DNA of 64,000 nucleotides from Alphaproteobacteria bacterium (GTDB taxonomy: Bacteria > Pseudomonadota > Alphaproteobacteria > SP197), in NCBI GenBank assembly GCA_964291415.2, contig OZ219918.1, forward strand, positions 704,001 through 768,000, read 5' to 3'. The position numbers and the translations under genes were made by a program. Below, one piece after another: positions 1-10,390 of the stretch (within the stretch, counting starts at the first letter, position 1; every line of letters begins with the position of its first letter). The notes below the pieces were generated by a model. That model was not told the origin of the DNA. It saw only the letters and a list, made by a program, of their open reading frames with translations, and did no database searches.

Positions 1-5
1 TCGCC

Positions 6-713
6 ATGGGGGCGGACCTCATCAAGGTGATGGCAACGGGCGCGCTCACCAGCACCGAGTACGAGGACGCCCGGGCAATCCAGTACCAGCTCGACGAGCT
101 GAAGGCCGCGGTGGCCATCGCCTCCGAGAACTTCAGGCACTGCGCCGCCCATGCGCACGCCTGCGAGGGCATCCGCAACGCCGCCCTTGCCGGCTGCCGC
201 AGCGTCGAGCACGGCAGTTTCGGCGACGAGGATGCCTACGCGCTGATGGCGGAGCGGGGCACGTTCCTCGTGCCGACGCTGTGCGTTCACTCGGCGCTCC
301 TTGCCGACAATCGCGCCTCGGGCAATCTCCTCCCCCATGTCCACAGGCGCTACGTCGAGACCGAGGAGATCCACCTTGCCAACACGAGGCTTGCCCATCG
401 CGTCGGCGTGAGGATCGCCATGGGCACCGATGCCGGCACCCCGGGCAACCACCACGGCGACAACACGCAGGAAATCGTGCGCATGGTGACGGGCGCCGGC
501 ATGTCGCCCGAGGAGTCGATCGCCGCCGCAACGCTCGGCGGGGCGAGTCTGCTCGGCCGGGAGGCCGATCTCGGCTCGCTCGAGGAGGGGAGGTTCGCCG
601 ATGTCACCGGCTTTGCCGACGATCCGGTCCGGGACATCCACGTCGTTCGCGACGTGCGCCTCGTCGTCAAGGAGGGCGAGGTGATGCGGAACGATCTGGG
701 CCGAGGTCAGTAG
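6..713 (+). CDS. Metal-dependent amidohydrolase (Xaa-Pro dipeptidase-like), 5'-truncated by window edge
   Basis: GADLIKVMATG, AAHAH, SVEHG, AMGTDAGT and GSLEEGRFAD motifs of the amidohydrolase_1 family; N-terminal HxH lies outside the window. Confidence 0.85.
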   Translation: MGADLIKVMATGALTSTEYEDARAIQYQLDELKAAVAIASENFRHCAAHAHACEGIRNAALAGCRSVEHGSFGDEDAYALMAERGTFLVPTLCVHSALLADNRASGNLLPHVHRRYVETEEIHLANTRLAHRVGVRIAMGTDAGTPGNHHGDNTQEIVRMVTGAGMSPEESIAAATLGGASLLGREADLGSLEEGRFADVTGFADDPVRDIHVVRDVRLVVKEGEVMRNDLGRGQ

Positions 714-2296
714 CCCAGGGCGATGCCGTCCTTGCGCGGCTCGCTGCCGCCGGCAAGCGTTCCCTTCTCCCAGTCGATCCAGATCGCCTGGCCCCCGCCG
801 AACGGTTCCGGCGTGATGCCGAGCGGGTGACCGCGGTTGGCGAGATCGTGCATGACGTGGCCGGGAATGGCCGGCTCCATCATCGCGACGCCGTCCTGAT
901 AGCAGAAACGCGGCAGATCGAGCGCCTCCTGGGGAGACATGCCGTAGTGCAGCATGTTCTGGAGAACGTGGGTGTGGCCCCAGGGCTGGTAGTCGCCGCC
1001 CATGACGCCGAAGGGCATGATGGCTCTTTCGTCCTTCGTCAGCATTGCCGGAATAATGGTGTGCATGGGACGCTTGCCCGGCGCAATGGCGTTGCGGTGA
1101 CCCGGTTCCAGCACGAACCCGCAGCCCCGGTTCTGCAGGGTCACACCGGACTTCGGTGCGACCCTGGACGAACCGAACGCGAAGTAGAGAGAGTTGATGA
1201 AACTTGCCGCGTTGCGGTCGCGGTCGACCACCGCAAGATACACCGTCGAGGGCGTTGCCGGCAGTTCCGCGGGCGGGAGGTCGACCATGGCCCGCGCGGG
1301 ATCGATCTGCGAGCGCAGCAGGTCGGTGTAGGAAGGCGAAAGAAGCGTGTCGACGGGAACGTCGGCCATGGCCGGGTCGGCGACATAGAGCGCCCGGTCG
1401 CGAAAGGCGAGACGCCCCGCCTCCAGGGCAAGGTGGATGCGGTCCGCCGAGAGCGGATCGCTGCCGGTGCCGTCGCAGCCCTCGAGGATGTTCATCATGA
1501 TGAGCGCCACGATTCCCTGGCCGTTGGGCGGGCATTCGTGAACCGTGTACCCGGCGATATCGCTGCAGATCGGCTCGACATATTCCCCGGCTGCACCGGT
1601 GAGGTCCTCGATTGAGTGCAGACCGCCCAGCTCCCCGAGGCGTCGGACGATGTCCTCGGCGACCCAGCCTTCGTAGAAGCCGGCGCGCCCGCAGGCGGCG
1701 ATTTCCCGCAGTGTGGCGGCGAGCAGGGGCTGGGTGTGGATGGCCCCCGGTTCGGGGGCGTCGCCGTCCACCAGGAGGACTCTGGCGGCATGGGCATCGG
1801 CGGCAAGGCGCGGGCGCGACGCGCGCCAGGCCTCGTGAATCACCGGCTGAATGACGTAGCCTTCCTCGGCAAGGCGGATCGCCGGCTGCAGGACCTCGCC
1901 GATTCCCATGGAACCGTGATCGTCGATCAGCCGGCACCAGGCATCGACGCAGCCGGGAACGGTGACGGCGTGCGCGCTGTCGGCGGCGATGCGGGAGATG
2001 TTCCGATCGAGGTACCAGGAAAGGTCCGCCTTCCGGGGAGCCCGGCCCGAACCGTTGTAGGCGACGATGCGTGACGACCCTTCAGGGGCGTAGAGGCAAA
2101 AGACGTCCCCGCCGATCCCGGTCGACATGGGCTCCACCACGGCCAGCACCGCTGCCGCCGCCACGGCGGCGTCCATCGCGTTGCCCCCGTTTTTCAGGAT
2201 ATCGACCGCCGCCCGGGTGGCATCCCTGTTCGACGTCGCCGCCATGCCGTGCTCGGCATGGGTGGTCGTGCGGGGTGGTGAGGCAAATCCGTGCAT
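707..2296 (-). CDS. ggt: Gamma-glutamyltransferase
   Basis: GGNAMDAAVA, GIGGD, PPNGQG, autoprocessing STVYLAVVD, PGKRPMHTIIP, GVMGG, EPRKDG. Confidence 0.92.
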   Translation of the reverse strand: MHGFASPPRTTTHAEHGMAATSNRDATRAAVDILKNGGNAMDAAVAAAAVLAVVEPMSTGIGGDVFCLYAPEGSSRIVAYNGSGRAPRKADLSWYLDRNISRIAADSAHAVTVPGCVDAWCRLIDDHGSMGIGEVLQPAIRLAEEGYVIQPVIHEAWRASRPRLAADAHAARVLLVDGDAPEPGAIHTQPLLAATLREIAACGRAGFYEGWVAEDIVRRLGELGGLHSIEDLTGAAGEYVEPICSDIAGYTVHECPPNGQGIVALIMMNILEGCDGTGSDPLSADRIHLALEAGRLAFRDRALYVADPAMADVPVDTLLSPSYTDLLRSQIDPARAMVDLPPAELPATPSTVYLAVVDRDRNAASFINSLYFAFGSSRVAPKSGVTLQNRGCGFVLEPGHRNAIAPGKRPMHTIIPAMLTKDERAIMPFGVMGGDYQPWGHTHVLQNMLHYGMSPQEALDLPRFCYQDGVAMMEPAIPGHVMHDLANRGHPLGITPEPFGGGQAIWIDWEKGTLAGGSEPRKDGIALGY

Positions 2297-2321
2297 CGTT
2301 CGTGCTGTCCTTCCCTTGGGC

Positions 2322-2807
2322 CTACCGCTTTCGCGGATGGCCGATGGCGCGGCCGGCGTTGACGTGACGGTCGATGGCGCCGTGCGCGAGCACCGTTTCC
2401 TGAAGCCGCGTGCGGGCCCGGGGGACGAACTCCATCATCGCACGGGTGTTGAGGTTGAAGCCGAGCGCCATCACCTCGTTGGTTGCCGCAAGATAGCCCT
2501 CTTCGGCGTGGCTGAGGCTGTGGAAGATGTGAAATCGCTTGGCATCGGCAGCCAGCGCCTGGGTGGTGACGACCACCGGGGCATGGACCCTGAGTTCGTC
2601 GAGGTAGTTCACATGGGTCTCGACCACGGCGTATTCGGCGCCGCCCCGTTCCTCGATGGTCACGGGCTCGTTCATCCGGTCCCAGAACGCCGCCGTCGCG
2701 TAGTCGCAGATCAGCACGTAGTAGGCCATGTTGAGGTGTCCGTACTCGTCGATCCACTCGGGCTTGACGACGGCGTTGAGACGGAATGGCCGCGAATCGC
2801 TGGTCAA
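2322..2807 (-). CDS. Hot-dog fold acyl-CoA thioesterase (4HBT-like)
   Basis: VKPEWIDEYGHLNMAYY and VVETHVNYLDEL motifs. Confidence 0.85.
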   Translation of the reverse strand: MTSDSRPFRLNAVVKPEWIDEYGHLNMAYYVLICDYATAAFWDRMNEPVTIEERGGAEYAVVETHVNYLDELRVHAPVVVTTQALAADAKRFHIFHSLSHAEEGYLAATNEVMALGFNLNTRAMMEFVPRARTRLQETVLAHGAIDRHVNAGRAIGHPRKR

Positions 2808-2907
2808 GAAACGTCACCCCTGCTTCGTTGCGATTGACGTTCTAGCTTTACGCCGGGGCTGCCGCAACGGCATGATCCACCCTGCGGCATGTCAGGGAGA
2901 GCGGCTG

Positions 2908-4062
2908 ATGCCCCGGCTTCACTTTGGCGAGGAGGAACTGGCCCGGCGCCGGCAAAAGACCTGCGAACGCCTGCAGGAACTCGGGCTCGACGCCCTGCTC
3001 ATGTTCCGCCAGGAGAGCATGTACTACCTGACCGGGTACGACACGGCCGGGTATGCCATGTTCCAGTGTCTGGTGTTGCGCGCCGACGGCGATCTCGTGC
3101 TCGTCACGAGATCGGCCGACCGGGAGCAGGCGGCCTTTACCTCGATGATCCCGGATGTGCGCATCTGGGTCGATCGCGGCGGCGCCAATCCGGCCGACGA
3201 CGTGCTGGCCGTGCTCGAGGAAAAGGGACTTCGCGGCGGCCGGTTCGGTGTCGAACTCAATGCCTGGGGTCTGACCGGCCAGCACTGGGTCATGATGGAG
3301 AAGGCGCTCGGCGGTTTCGGCGCCTGGGAGGATGCCAGCGATCTCGTTCAGGCCTTTCGCCTGATCAAGAGTCCGGCGGAGCAGGACCATGTCAGGAAGG
3401 CGGGCGTTCTTGCCGACGCCGGACTGGAGGCGCTGCACCGGACCATCGCCGCCGGAGTCGACGAGAGCGCGCTCTACGCCGCCCTGGAACGGGCCATCCT
3501 GGAGGGCGGAGGCGACTATGCGGCGGGCCGTCCGATCATCGCCTCGGGCGACGGCGCGCTGCTCGTGCGCTACTTCACCGGCCGGGACACCATCGGCGAT
3601 CAAGACCAGGTGCAGCTCGAGTTCGCTGCCGCCTGGAGGCACTACCACGTGGCCATCATGAGAACGGTCCTGACCGGGCGCGCCGGCGACCGTCACAGGA
3701 TGATGCACGATGCCTGCGTCGAGGCCCTTGCCGCCTGCCAGGCGACCGCGAGACCGGGCGCTGAGTTCGGCGACATCTACGATGCCCACGCCCGGGTCAT
3801 GGATTCGCACGGGCTGGAGGACTGCAGGCTGAATGCCTGCGGCTACTCGCTCTCCGCCAACTATCCCCCGTCCTGGATGGAGGAGCCGATGATCTACCAT
3901 GGCAATCGGGCTAGAGTGAGGCCGGGCATGGTCATCTTCATGCACATGATCGTCGTGGACAGCGCCCGCCACCTGACCATGAGTCTGGGCGAGACCGGCA
4001 TCGTTCATGACGACCGCTTCGAGCCGGTGTCCTCGATGCCCCATGACCTGGTCGTGAGATAG
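2908..4062 (+). CDS. M24-family hydrolase, creatinase/ectoine-hydrolase (DoeA/EutD)-like
   Basis: Creatinase_N (YYLTGYD), RLIKSPAE, QLEFAAAWRHYHVAIMRT, GYSL; ATG 2908 after GGAG. Confidence 0.85.
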   Translation: MPRLHFGEEELARRRQKTCERLQELGLDALLMFRQESMYYLTGYDTAGYAMFQCLVLRADGDLVLVTRSADREQAAFTSMIPDVRIWVDRGGANPADDVLAVLEEKGLRGGRFGVELNAWGLTGQHWVMMEKALGGFGAWEDASDLVQAFRLIKSPAEQDHVRKAGVLADAGLEALHRTIAAGVDESALYAALERAILEGGGDYAAGRPIIASGDGALLVRYFTGRDTIGDQDQVQLEFAAAWRHYHVAIMRTVLTGRAGDRHRMMHDACVEALAACQATARPGAEFGDIYDAHARVMDSHGLEDCRLNACGYSLSANYPPSWMEEPMIYHGNRARVRPGMVIFMHMIVVDSARHLTMSLGETGIVHDDRFEPVSSMPHDLVVR

Positions 4063-4074
4063 GAGAAAGCAACC

Positions 4075-4917
4075 ATGGCTGCCCATCCCCGGAGGTTGCC
4101 GACGGACGAGGAACGCGAGCGGTTTCGCACCGACGGCGCTGTGGCCCTGAAGGGCGTCTACCAGGAGGACTGGGTCGACCTGCTGCGCCAGGGCGTGGAG
4201 CGGGCCATGCAGACAAGGGGGCCCTACACCAGGCGCATCCAGGATGCAGGCGATCCCGCCTTCTTCACCGACTACGTGGCGTCGGACCGTGTGCCGGAGC
4301 TTCGCCGGTTCGCCCTCGAGGGGCCGGCCGCGGAACTCTCGGCCATCCTCATGAAGTCGCGGCGTGCCAACTTCCTGTTCGACGGGATCTTCGTCAAGGA
4401 GCCGGGCGCCACCAAGAAGAGCACCTGGCACCAGGACCAGCCCTACTACTGCGTGGCCGGCCGCCAGATCGTCGTCCTGTGGGCGCCGCTCGATCCGGTG
4501 CCGGCCGACGTGTGCCTGAACTGCGTGAAGGGATCGCACCTGTGGGGGACGGCCTTCCGTCCCGTGCGGTTTCGCGACGGCGCCGACTTCGGCCGTGGCC
4601 GGGATGATGGTTATCACGATCCTCCCGACGTCGACGGCCCCCATGCGGAGAGGATTCTCGCCTGGGATCTCGAACCCGGGGATGTCATCGCGTTCCACGG
4701 CATGACGATCCATGGCGCGCCAGGCAACGCACAGGCCTCGCGGCGCCGCCGGGCAACGAACTCGACGTGGGTCGGCGACGATGCGGTCTATGTCCGCCAT
4801 CCCGGAGTCATGGAGCCCGACTTTCCCGATTGCGGCCTTGCCCCCGGAGATCCGCTGGACTGCGCCCGGTTCCCCCGCGTCTTCGATGCCGGCCGGGAGC
4901 ACCCTTCGCCGGCCTGA
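4075..4917 (+). CDS. Phytanoyl-CoA dioxygenase (PhyH) family 2OG-Fe(II) oxygenase
   Basis: TWHQD (HxD), LEPGDVIAFHGMTIHGAPGN..RRR; AGGAG RBS. Confidence 0.9.
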   Translation: MAAHPRRLPTDEERERFRTDGAVALKGVYQEDWVDLLRQGVERAMQTRGPYTRRIQDAGDPAFFTDYVASDRVPELRRFALEGPAAELSAILMKSRRANFLFDGIFVKEPGATKKSTWHQDQPYYCVAGRQIVVLWAPLDPVPADVCLNCVKGSHLWGTAFRPVRFRDGADFGRGRDDGYHDPPDVDGPHAERILAWDLEPGDVIAFHGMTIHGAPGNAQASRRRRATNSTWVGDDAVYVRHPGVMEPDFPDCGLAPGDPLDCARFPRVFDAGREHPSPA

Positions 4918-4940
4918 GGGCCACGGCCCGCTTTCTCGCC

Positions 4941-5780
4941 ATGGGACATATCGTCTGGATTGCCAGCTACCCCAAGTCGGGCAACACGTGGGTGAGGGCC
5001 TTCCTGCACGAGATCCTGCGCCAGGACGGCGGCGCCTTCGATCTCGGCCGGATGGCGCAGACGGCGGGAAACGAGGCATCGATCGACAACTACCGCGCGA
5101 TCGATCCGAGGCCCTGGAGCCTCTGGACCCCAGGTGAGGTGGCGCGGGCCCGGCCGGCCGCGCAGGCCGCCTTCGCCCGGCGCCATCGCCGCGTGGTGTT
5201 CTGCAAGACCCACCTTGCGGTGCTGAGATCCCGGGGCCAAACCACCATCAACATGGATGTCACCGCCGCGGCGATCTACATCGTGCGCAACCCCCTCGAC
5301 ATCGCGCCTTCCTATGCCGATCACCAGGGCGTGCCGCTTGACGTTGCGATCGATCTCATGAACCTCGAGAACCACGAGACTCCCTCCACGTCGAGCCACG
5401 TCTCGGAATTGCTGGGCAGCTGGTCACAGAATGTGGAGACCTGGACACGGCGCTCGCTGCCGGGGCTTCACGTCATGCGCTACGAGGACATGCTGGCCAG
5501 TCCGGTGGCGTCGTTCTCGGACCTTGCGACATTCCTCAAGCTGAAAGTGCCCCGCAGGCGCATCAAGGAGGCGGTCAGGACCACCTCCTTCGGAAATCTG
5601 CGGCGCCAGGAGGACGAGAAGGGATTCGGTGAACGTTCCGCGCCGCAGAAGCGCTTTTTTCGCCAGGGCCGCGCCGGAACATGGCGCACAGCGCTTTCCG
5701 CGGGCCAGGTCAGGGAGATCGCGTCGCGCAACGAGGCGATGATGCGAAAGTTCGACTACTGGAGGGACGTCGGGTCATGA
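4941..5780 (+). CDS. PAPS-dependent sulfotransferase domain protein
   Basis: WIASYPKSGNTW (5'-PSB), KTH, RNPLDIAPS (3'-PB), RYEDM, FFRQGRAGTW. Confidence 0.9.
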   Translation: MGHIVWIASYPKSGNTWVRAFLHEILRQDGGAFDLGRMAQTAGNEASIDNYRAIDPRPWSLWTPGEVARARPAAQAAFARRHRRVVFCKTHLAVLRSRGQTTINMDVTAAAIYIVRNPLDIAPSYADHQGVPLDVAIDLMNLENHETPSTSSHVSELLGSWSQNVETWTRRSLPGLHVMRYEDMLASPVASFSDLATFLKLKVPRRRIKEAVRTTSFGNLRRQEDEKGFGERSAPQKRFFRQGRAGTWRTALSAGQVREIASRNEAMMRKFDYWRDVGS

Positions 5781-6454
5781 GCGCGGTTGACGTGACAGGC
5801 AACCTTGAGGCCGTGCGGGCGGAGATTGTCGCCGCCACCCGCGAGGCCCGCCGCCGGACCGGTTCCGTGACGCTCGTTGCCGTGACCAAGACCCATACCG
5901 CGGAGCGCATCCGCCCCGCCATCGAAGCCGGGCACCGCGTGTTCGGCGAGAACCGGGTTCAGGAGGCGGCAGCGAAGTGGCCGGCCCTGCGCCAGGAGTG
6001 GGACGGTCTCGAACTCCACCTTGTCGGCGCCCTGCAGACCAACAAGGCGGTCGATGCCGTCGCCCTCTTCGACGTGATCGAGAGCGTCGACCGCCCACGG
6101 CTGATCACCGCTCTCGTCAGGGCGATGGACAGAACCGGACGCCGCCCGCGGTGTTTCATCCAGATCAACACCGGCGAGGAGGAGCAGAAGGCCGGCTGCC
6201 TGCCTGGGGATGCCGACGGCCTGATTGCCGGTGCCCGGGAGGCGGGGCTCGATGTCGCCGGGCTGATGTGCATCCCGCCCTTCGACGAGGAGCCGTCGCC
6301 CCACTTTTCCCTGCTCGCCGACATCGCCCGCCGCAACGATCTCACACAACTGTCGATGGGCATGTCCGCGGACTACGTCACGGCGATTGCCCATGGCGCC
6401 ACCCATGTCCGTGTCGGCACGGCCATCTTCGGCAGCCGTGCCGGACGTCCTTGA
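5777..6454 (+). CDS. yggS: YggS/PLPBP pyridoxal phosphate homeostasis protein
   Basis: [42 protein letters not shown]; ATGA overlap with the sulfotransferase. Confidence 0.93.
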   Translation: MSAVDVTGNLEAVRAEIVAATREARRRTGSVTLVAVTKTHTAERIRPAIEAGHRVFGENRVQEAAAKWPALRQEWDGLELHLVGALQTNKAVDAVALFDVIESVDRPRLITALVRAMDRTGRRPRCFIQINTGEEEQKAGCLPGDADGLIAGAREAGLDVAGLMCIPPFDEEPSPHFSLLADIARRNDLTQLSMGMSADYVTAIAHGATHVRVGTAIFGSRAGRP

Positions 6455-6509
6455 CCGCCGGCACCGGGCGCGCCATAAGCACGCGTTCCCCGATCTGGAG
6501 CCATCCCCG

Positions 6510-7502
6510 ATGAAACGGGTCTTTTCCGGCGTTCAGCCGACCGGCAACCTTCACCTTGGCAACTACCTCGGCGCTCTCAAGCGCTTCGTGGCCATGCAGG
6601 ACGACTACGAGTGCATCTACTGCATCGTCGACCTCCATGCCCTGACCATGCCCTGGGATCCCGATCAGCTGCGTGACGCGACGCGGGAGGTGGCGGCGGG
6701 CTTCATGGCCTCGGGGCTCGATCCGGAACGCTGCGTCGTCTTCAACCAGAGCCAGTGTCCGATGCACCTGCGCCTGCAGTGGATTCTCGCCTGCCTGACG
6801 CCGCTCGGGTGGCTCAACCGCATGACCCAGTTCAAGGAAAAGGCCGGCAAGCAGAGGGACAACGCGAGTCTCGGCCTCTACGGCTATCCGGTTCTCCAGG
6901 CTGCCGACATCATCGGTTACCACGCCACCCATGTGCCGGTCGGCGCCGACCAGAAGCAGCACCTCGAGTTGTCCCGCGACATTGCCGGTGCCTTCAACCA
7001 CACCTTCGGCGTCGATTTCTTCCCGCTTCCGGAGGCCGTCATCCTCGGCGAGGCCACGCGCGTCATGTCGCTGCGTGACGGCCGTTCCAAGATGTCGAAA
7101 TCCGATCAAAGCGACTACTCGCGCATCAATCTGACCGATGACAGGGACACCATCGCGCTCAAGATCCGCAAGGCGCGCACGGACAGCATCATGGGCGTCT
7201 CGTTCGACCCGGAGAACCGGCCCGAAGCCTCCAATCTCGTGACGATCTACGCGTCACTGGCCGGGGTGAGCCGGGACGCGGTGCTGGACGAGTTCCGGAG
7301 CGCCAGGTTCAGCGACTTCAAGGCCCGTCTCGCGGACCTCGCGGTGGAGACCCTGGGACCGGTCGGCGAGGAGATGAAGCGGCTGTCGGCGGACCCGGGC
7401 TATGTCGACAGCGTGTTGCGCGAGGGGGCGGACCGGGCCCGGGCCATCACCGAGCCGATCCAGAAGGAGGTCGAGGAGCTCACAGGCTTCCTGGTGCCGT
7501 GA
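6510..7502 (+). CDS. trpS: Tryptophan--tRNA ligase
   Basis: [45 protein letters not shown]. Confidence 0.97.
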   Translation: MKRVFSGVQPTGNLHLGNYLGALKRFVAMQDDYECIYCIVDLHALTMPWDPDQLRDATREVAAGFMASGLDPERCVVFNQSQCPMHLRLQWILACLTPLGWLNRMTQFKEKAGKQRDNASLGLYGYPVLQAADIIGYHATHVPVGADQKQHLELSRDIAGAFNHTFGVDFFPLPEAVILGEATRVMSLRDGRSKMSKSDQSDYSRINLTDDRDTIALKIRKARTDSIMGVSFDPENRPEASNLVTIYASLAGVSRDAVLDEFRSARFSDFKARLADLAVETLGPVGEEMKRLSADPGYVDSVLREGADRARAITEPIQKEVEELTGFLVP

Positions 7503-8151
7503 TCGATCGCTGCCGGCGCCGGGCGGTGAGGAACACGGGCTCCCGGCCTTGCGCCCTGGCCTTGGCTTCGTAGCGTGTCGTCGGCCAGTCGGCCGGACGA
7601 TGATGAGACCACCGCAGGTCCTTCCTGCCTTCGAGCGCCTGCTTCATGTCGAGAGCGTACTCCTCGATGTCGGTCGCCAGGCGCAGTTCCCCGCCGTCGA
7701 CGAGGAGATCCGAGAGCCGCGCCATGCTCGCCTGGTTGATGAAGCGGCGCTTCCTGTGGCGCGCCTTGGGCCAGGGGTCGGGGAAAAGAACGAAGATGCG
7801 TTCGAGGCAGGCGGGCGCAAGGGCCGCGAGAAGCGCCGTGACGTCCGCGTCGAAAATCCTGACATTGGCAAGGCCGTGACGCTCGACAAGGTCCAGCAGG
7901 TTCGCCACGCCGTTCAGCCACACCTCGGCGCCGATCAGCGTGACCTCGGGATGGCGTTCCGCCTGCCAGGCCAGGTGCTCGCCGCCGCCAAACCCGATTT
8001 CCAGCCAGAGCCGTTCGCCGAACTCGTGATCGGGTCTGCCGTCCTCGCCGACGACAACCCGCAGTTCCGGCAACAACGTATCGACCAGGGCCTGGCGACG
8101 GGGTGAAAGCCTGCGCCCCCGGCGGCGTCCCCAGGTCTGCCCGCCGGTCAG
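7480..8151 (-). CDS. trmB: tRNA (guanine-N7)-methyltransferase
   Basis: [40 protein letters not shown]; follows metK; start uncertain (probable CTG at 8151). Confidence 0.9.
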   Translation of the reverse strand: MTGGQTWGRRRGRRLSPRRQALVDTLLPELRVVVGEDGRPDHEFGERLWLEIGFGGGEHLAWQAERHPEVTLIGAEVWLNGVANLLDLVERHGLANVRIFDADVTALLAALAPACLERIFVLFPDPWPKARHRKRRFINQASMARLSDLLVDGGELRLATDIEEYALDMKQALEGRKDLRWSHHRPADWPTTRYEAKARAQGREPVFLTARRRQRSITAPGSL

Positions 8152-9335
8152 GAGAAGGCGTTCCTCAGGTCGCCGGCAAGATCGGTCCTCTCCCAGGAGA
8201 ATCCGCCGTCGGCCTCCGCCTCGCGCCCGAAGTGACCATAGGCCGCCGTGCGCTCGTAGATCGGCCGGTCGAGACCGAGGTGATTGCGGATGCCGCGGGG
8301 GGTGAGGTCCATGACCTGCCGCAGCACCTCCTCGAGGCGCCGTTCGTCGACCTCGCCGGTGCCGGCGAGATCGACATAGAGCGACAACGGATCGGCGACG
8401 CCGATGGCGTAGGCCACCTGGATGGTGCAGGTGTCGGCCAGCCCCGCTGCGACAACGTTCTTTGCCAGGTAGCGGCAGGCGTAGGCGGCAGACCTGTCCA
8501 CCTTGCTCGGATCCTTGCCCGAGAAGGCGCCGCCGCCGTGGGGTGCGGCGCCGCCGTAGGTGTCGACGATGATCTTGCGGCCGGTCAGGCCGCAGTCGCC
8601 GTCGGGGCCGCCGGTGACGAACTTGCCGGTGGGATTGACGTAGAAGCTCTCGTCCGGACACATCCACCCCTCGGGAAGAACGCCGACGACATGGGGTCTG
8701 ACGATCTCGCGGACCGCATCCTGATCGAGCGCTTCGTCATGTTGGGTCGAAACGACAACGGAGGTGGCATGGACCGGACGGCCGTTCTCGTAGGCCAGCG
8801 TCACCTGGCTCTTTGAGTCGGGTCCCAATTCACGCGCGGCGCCGTTATGGCGCGCCTCGGCCAGAGATTTCAGAATACGGTGCGCATAGTGAAGGGGCGC
8901 CGGCATCAGCGATTCCGTCTCGTTGCAGGCGTAACCGAACATGATTCCCTGATCGCCCGCTCCTTCCGCCCGGTTGCCGGAGGCATCGACGCCCTGCGCG
9001 ATGTCGCCCGACTGGGCGTGGAGCTTCACGGTGACCGAAAGGTGACGCCAGTCGAACCCCGGCTGTTCGTAGCCGATGTCCCTCACGGCATTGCGCGCCA
9101 GCGCCTCGACCTTCTCCTGCAGGCGCTCCGGCTGCATGAGGTCTCCCGGTCCCCGGACCTCGCCGGCGACGACGACGGTTCCCGTGGTGGCAAGGGTTTC
9201 GCAGGCCACCCGCGCATGCACGGGGTCGGCGGCAAGGAAGGCATCGACAACGGCATCGGATATCCGGTCGCAGACCTTGTCCGGATGGCCTTCCGACACG
9301 GATTCGCTCGTAAACAGGTAATCGCTCCGGGGCAC
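8148..9335 (-). CDS. metK: Methionine adenosyltransferase
   Basis: [35 protein letters not shown]; GTG start after AAGGGGAGG. Confidence 0.97.
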   Translation of the reverse strand: MPRSDYLFTSESVSEGHPDKVCDRISDAVVDAFLAADPVHARVACETLATTGTVVVAGEVRGPGDLMQPERLQEKVEALARNAVRDIGYEQPGFDWRHLSVTVKLHAQSGDIAQGVDASGNRAEGAGDQGIMFGYACNETESLMPAPLHYAHRILKSLAEARHNGAARELGPDSKSQVTLAYENGRPVHATSVVVSTQHDEALDQDAVREIVRPHVVGVLPEGWMCPDESFYVNPTGKFVTGGPDGDCGLTGRKIIVDTYGGAAPHGGGAFSGKDPSKVDRSAAYACRYLAKNVVAAGLADTCTIQVAYAIGVADPLSLYVDLAGTGEVDERRLEEVLRQVMDLTPRGIRNHLGLDRPIYERTAAYGHFGREAEADGGFSWERTDLAGDLRNAFS

Positions 9336-9550
9336 GGCCGGCCTCCCCTTTGACATGAGAACAAGGGCGCATGCCCTCGTGGCCAAGACACTTACCAAAG
9401 GCTGATTGATAATCAAGGACGACGCCACGCCTGAGGAGTTTTGATCTGGATGACCTGGCGACCGGGATACGATTGGTCACCCGTGTCCCGGGATTCGTCC
9501 TTGTGCCGTATCGCGGCCAGCGTGACAGGAGCCTCGCTGCTTGACGCGCG

Positions 9551-9946
9551 TCAATGACCTGGCAGCAGGTCGATGTCACTGCACCGCAGCAACCGGGTGT
9601 CCGCCGTCACCAGTGTCAGGCTGCAAACCTTGGCAGTGGCGACAAGGAAACGATCCGCAGGATCCTGGTGCGCGTGGTCCACGTTGCGGCTGGCGGTCGC
9701 CACATCGATGGTGAGCGGAGCCTCGGTAACAGGGGAGACCGACATCGCCTTGCGAAGCCATCGTAGGGGATCGGTGTCGAGCACGACCCGGCCGCGTTCG
9801 GCAAGAAGCAGGGCTTCCCACACGCTGATGGGGGAGAGAAGGAGCTCGTTCTCACCGGATTGCAAGGCATGCCTGGCGGAATCGCCGAGCCGGTCCGGGT
9901 CGAGAAGACTCCACAACCAGATGTGTGTGTCGAGCAGCAGCCCCAT
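9551..9946 (-). CDS. vapC: PIN-domain VapC-family toxin
   Basis: LLLDTHIWLW, SPISVWE, HQDPADRFLVATA, LVTAD. Confidence 0.88.
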   Translation of the reverse strand: MGLLLDTHIWLWSLLDPDRLGDSARHALQSGENELLLSPISVWEALLLAERGRVVLDTDPLRWLRKAMSVSPVTEAPLTIDVATASRNVDHAHQDPADRFLVATAKVCSLTLVTADTRLLRCSDIDLLPGH

Positions 9947-10183
9947 CTACCTGAGAACATCCCATTCCGCGAGGTCTGCCGCCGGTGCGACGAGATCGTC
10001 GCGGATCTCGCCGTCGTCCCGCATCGCGCCGAGCCATTCTCCGGCCGGCGATGGCGGCGGCGGCACAATCTGGGCGACCGGCTTGCCGAAACGGGTGACC
10101 AGAACAGGTTTGCGAGACCTTCCCACCCGGTCGAGAACGGCCAGGCAGGTCGCCTTGAACTTCGAAATCTGAATCTCTTCCAT
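9947..10183 (-). CDS. Phd/YefM-family antitoxin
   Basis: ISKFKATCLAVLDRV..PVLVTRFGKPVA; stop abuts the toxin ATG (TAGATG); alternative start 10213. Confidence 0.87.
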   Translation of the reverse strand: MEEIQISKFKATCLAVLDRVGRSRKPVLVTRFGKPVAQIVPPPPSPAGEWLGAMRDDGEIRDDLVAPAADLAEWDVLR

Positions 10184-10390
10184 GGAACTGTTTGTACTAT
10201 GGTCTGAGTCCATGGTCGCAACAATACTGTCGGACGTGATGCGTGCCAGATCATCGGCAGACCGGCTCTCATCACTGCGTCGTGAACGAAGATGTGTCTG
10301 TCGCGCGATCCGGCTTGGAGGACGCCCGACTCCCGCTGTCCGTCAGGGCGCGGTGGCCGCTCTCCCCCTGCTATGCGGCCGGGTCGGTCG

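Noticed and set aside
9340-9550. SAM-II or SAM-SAH riboswitch upstream of metK
   Set aside because: Only a short CCTGTCAC similarity; the rest of the consensus and the pairing are absent
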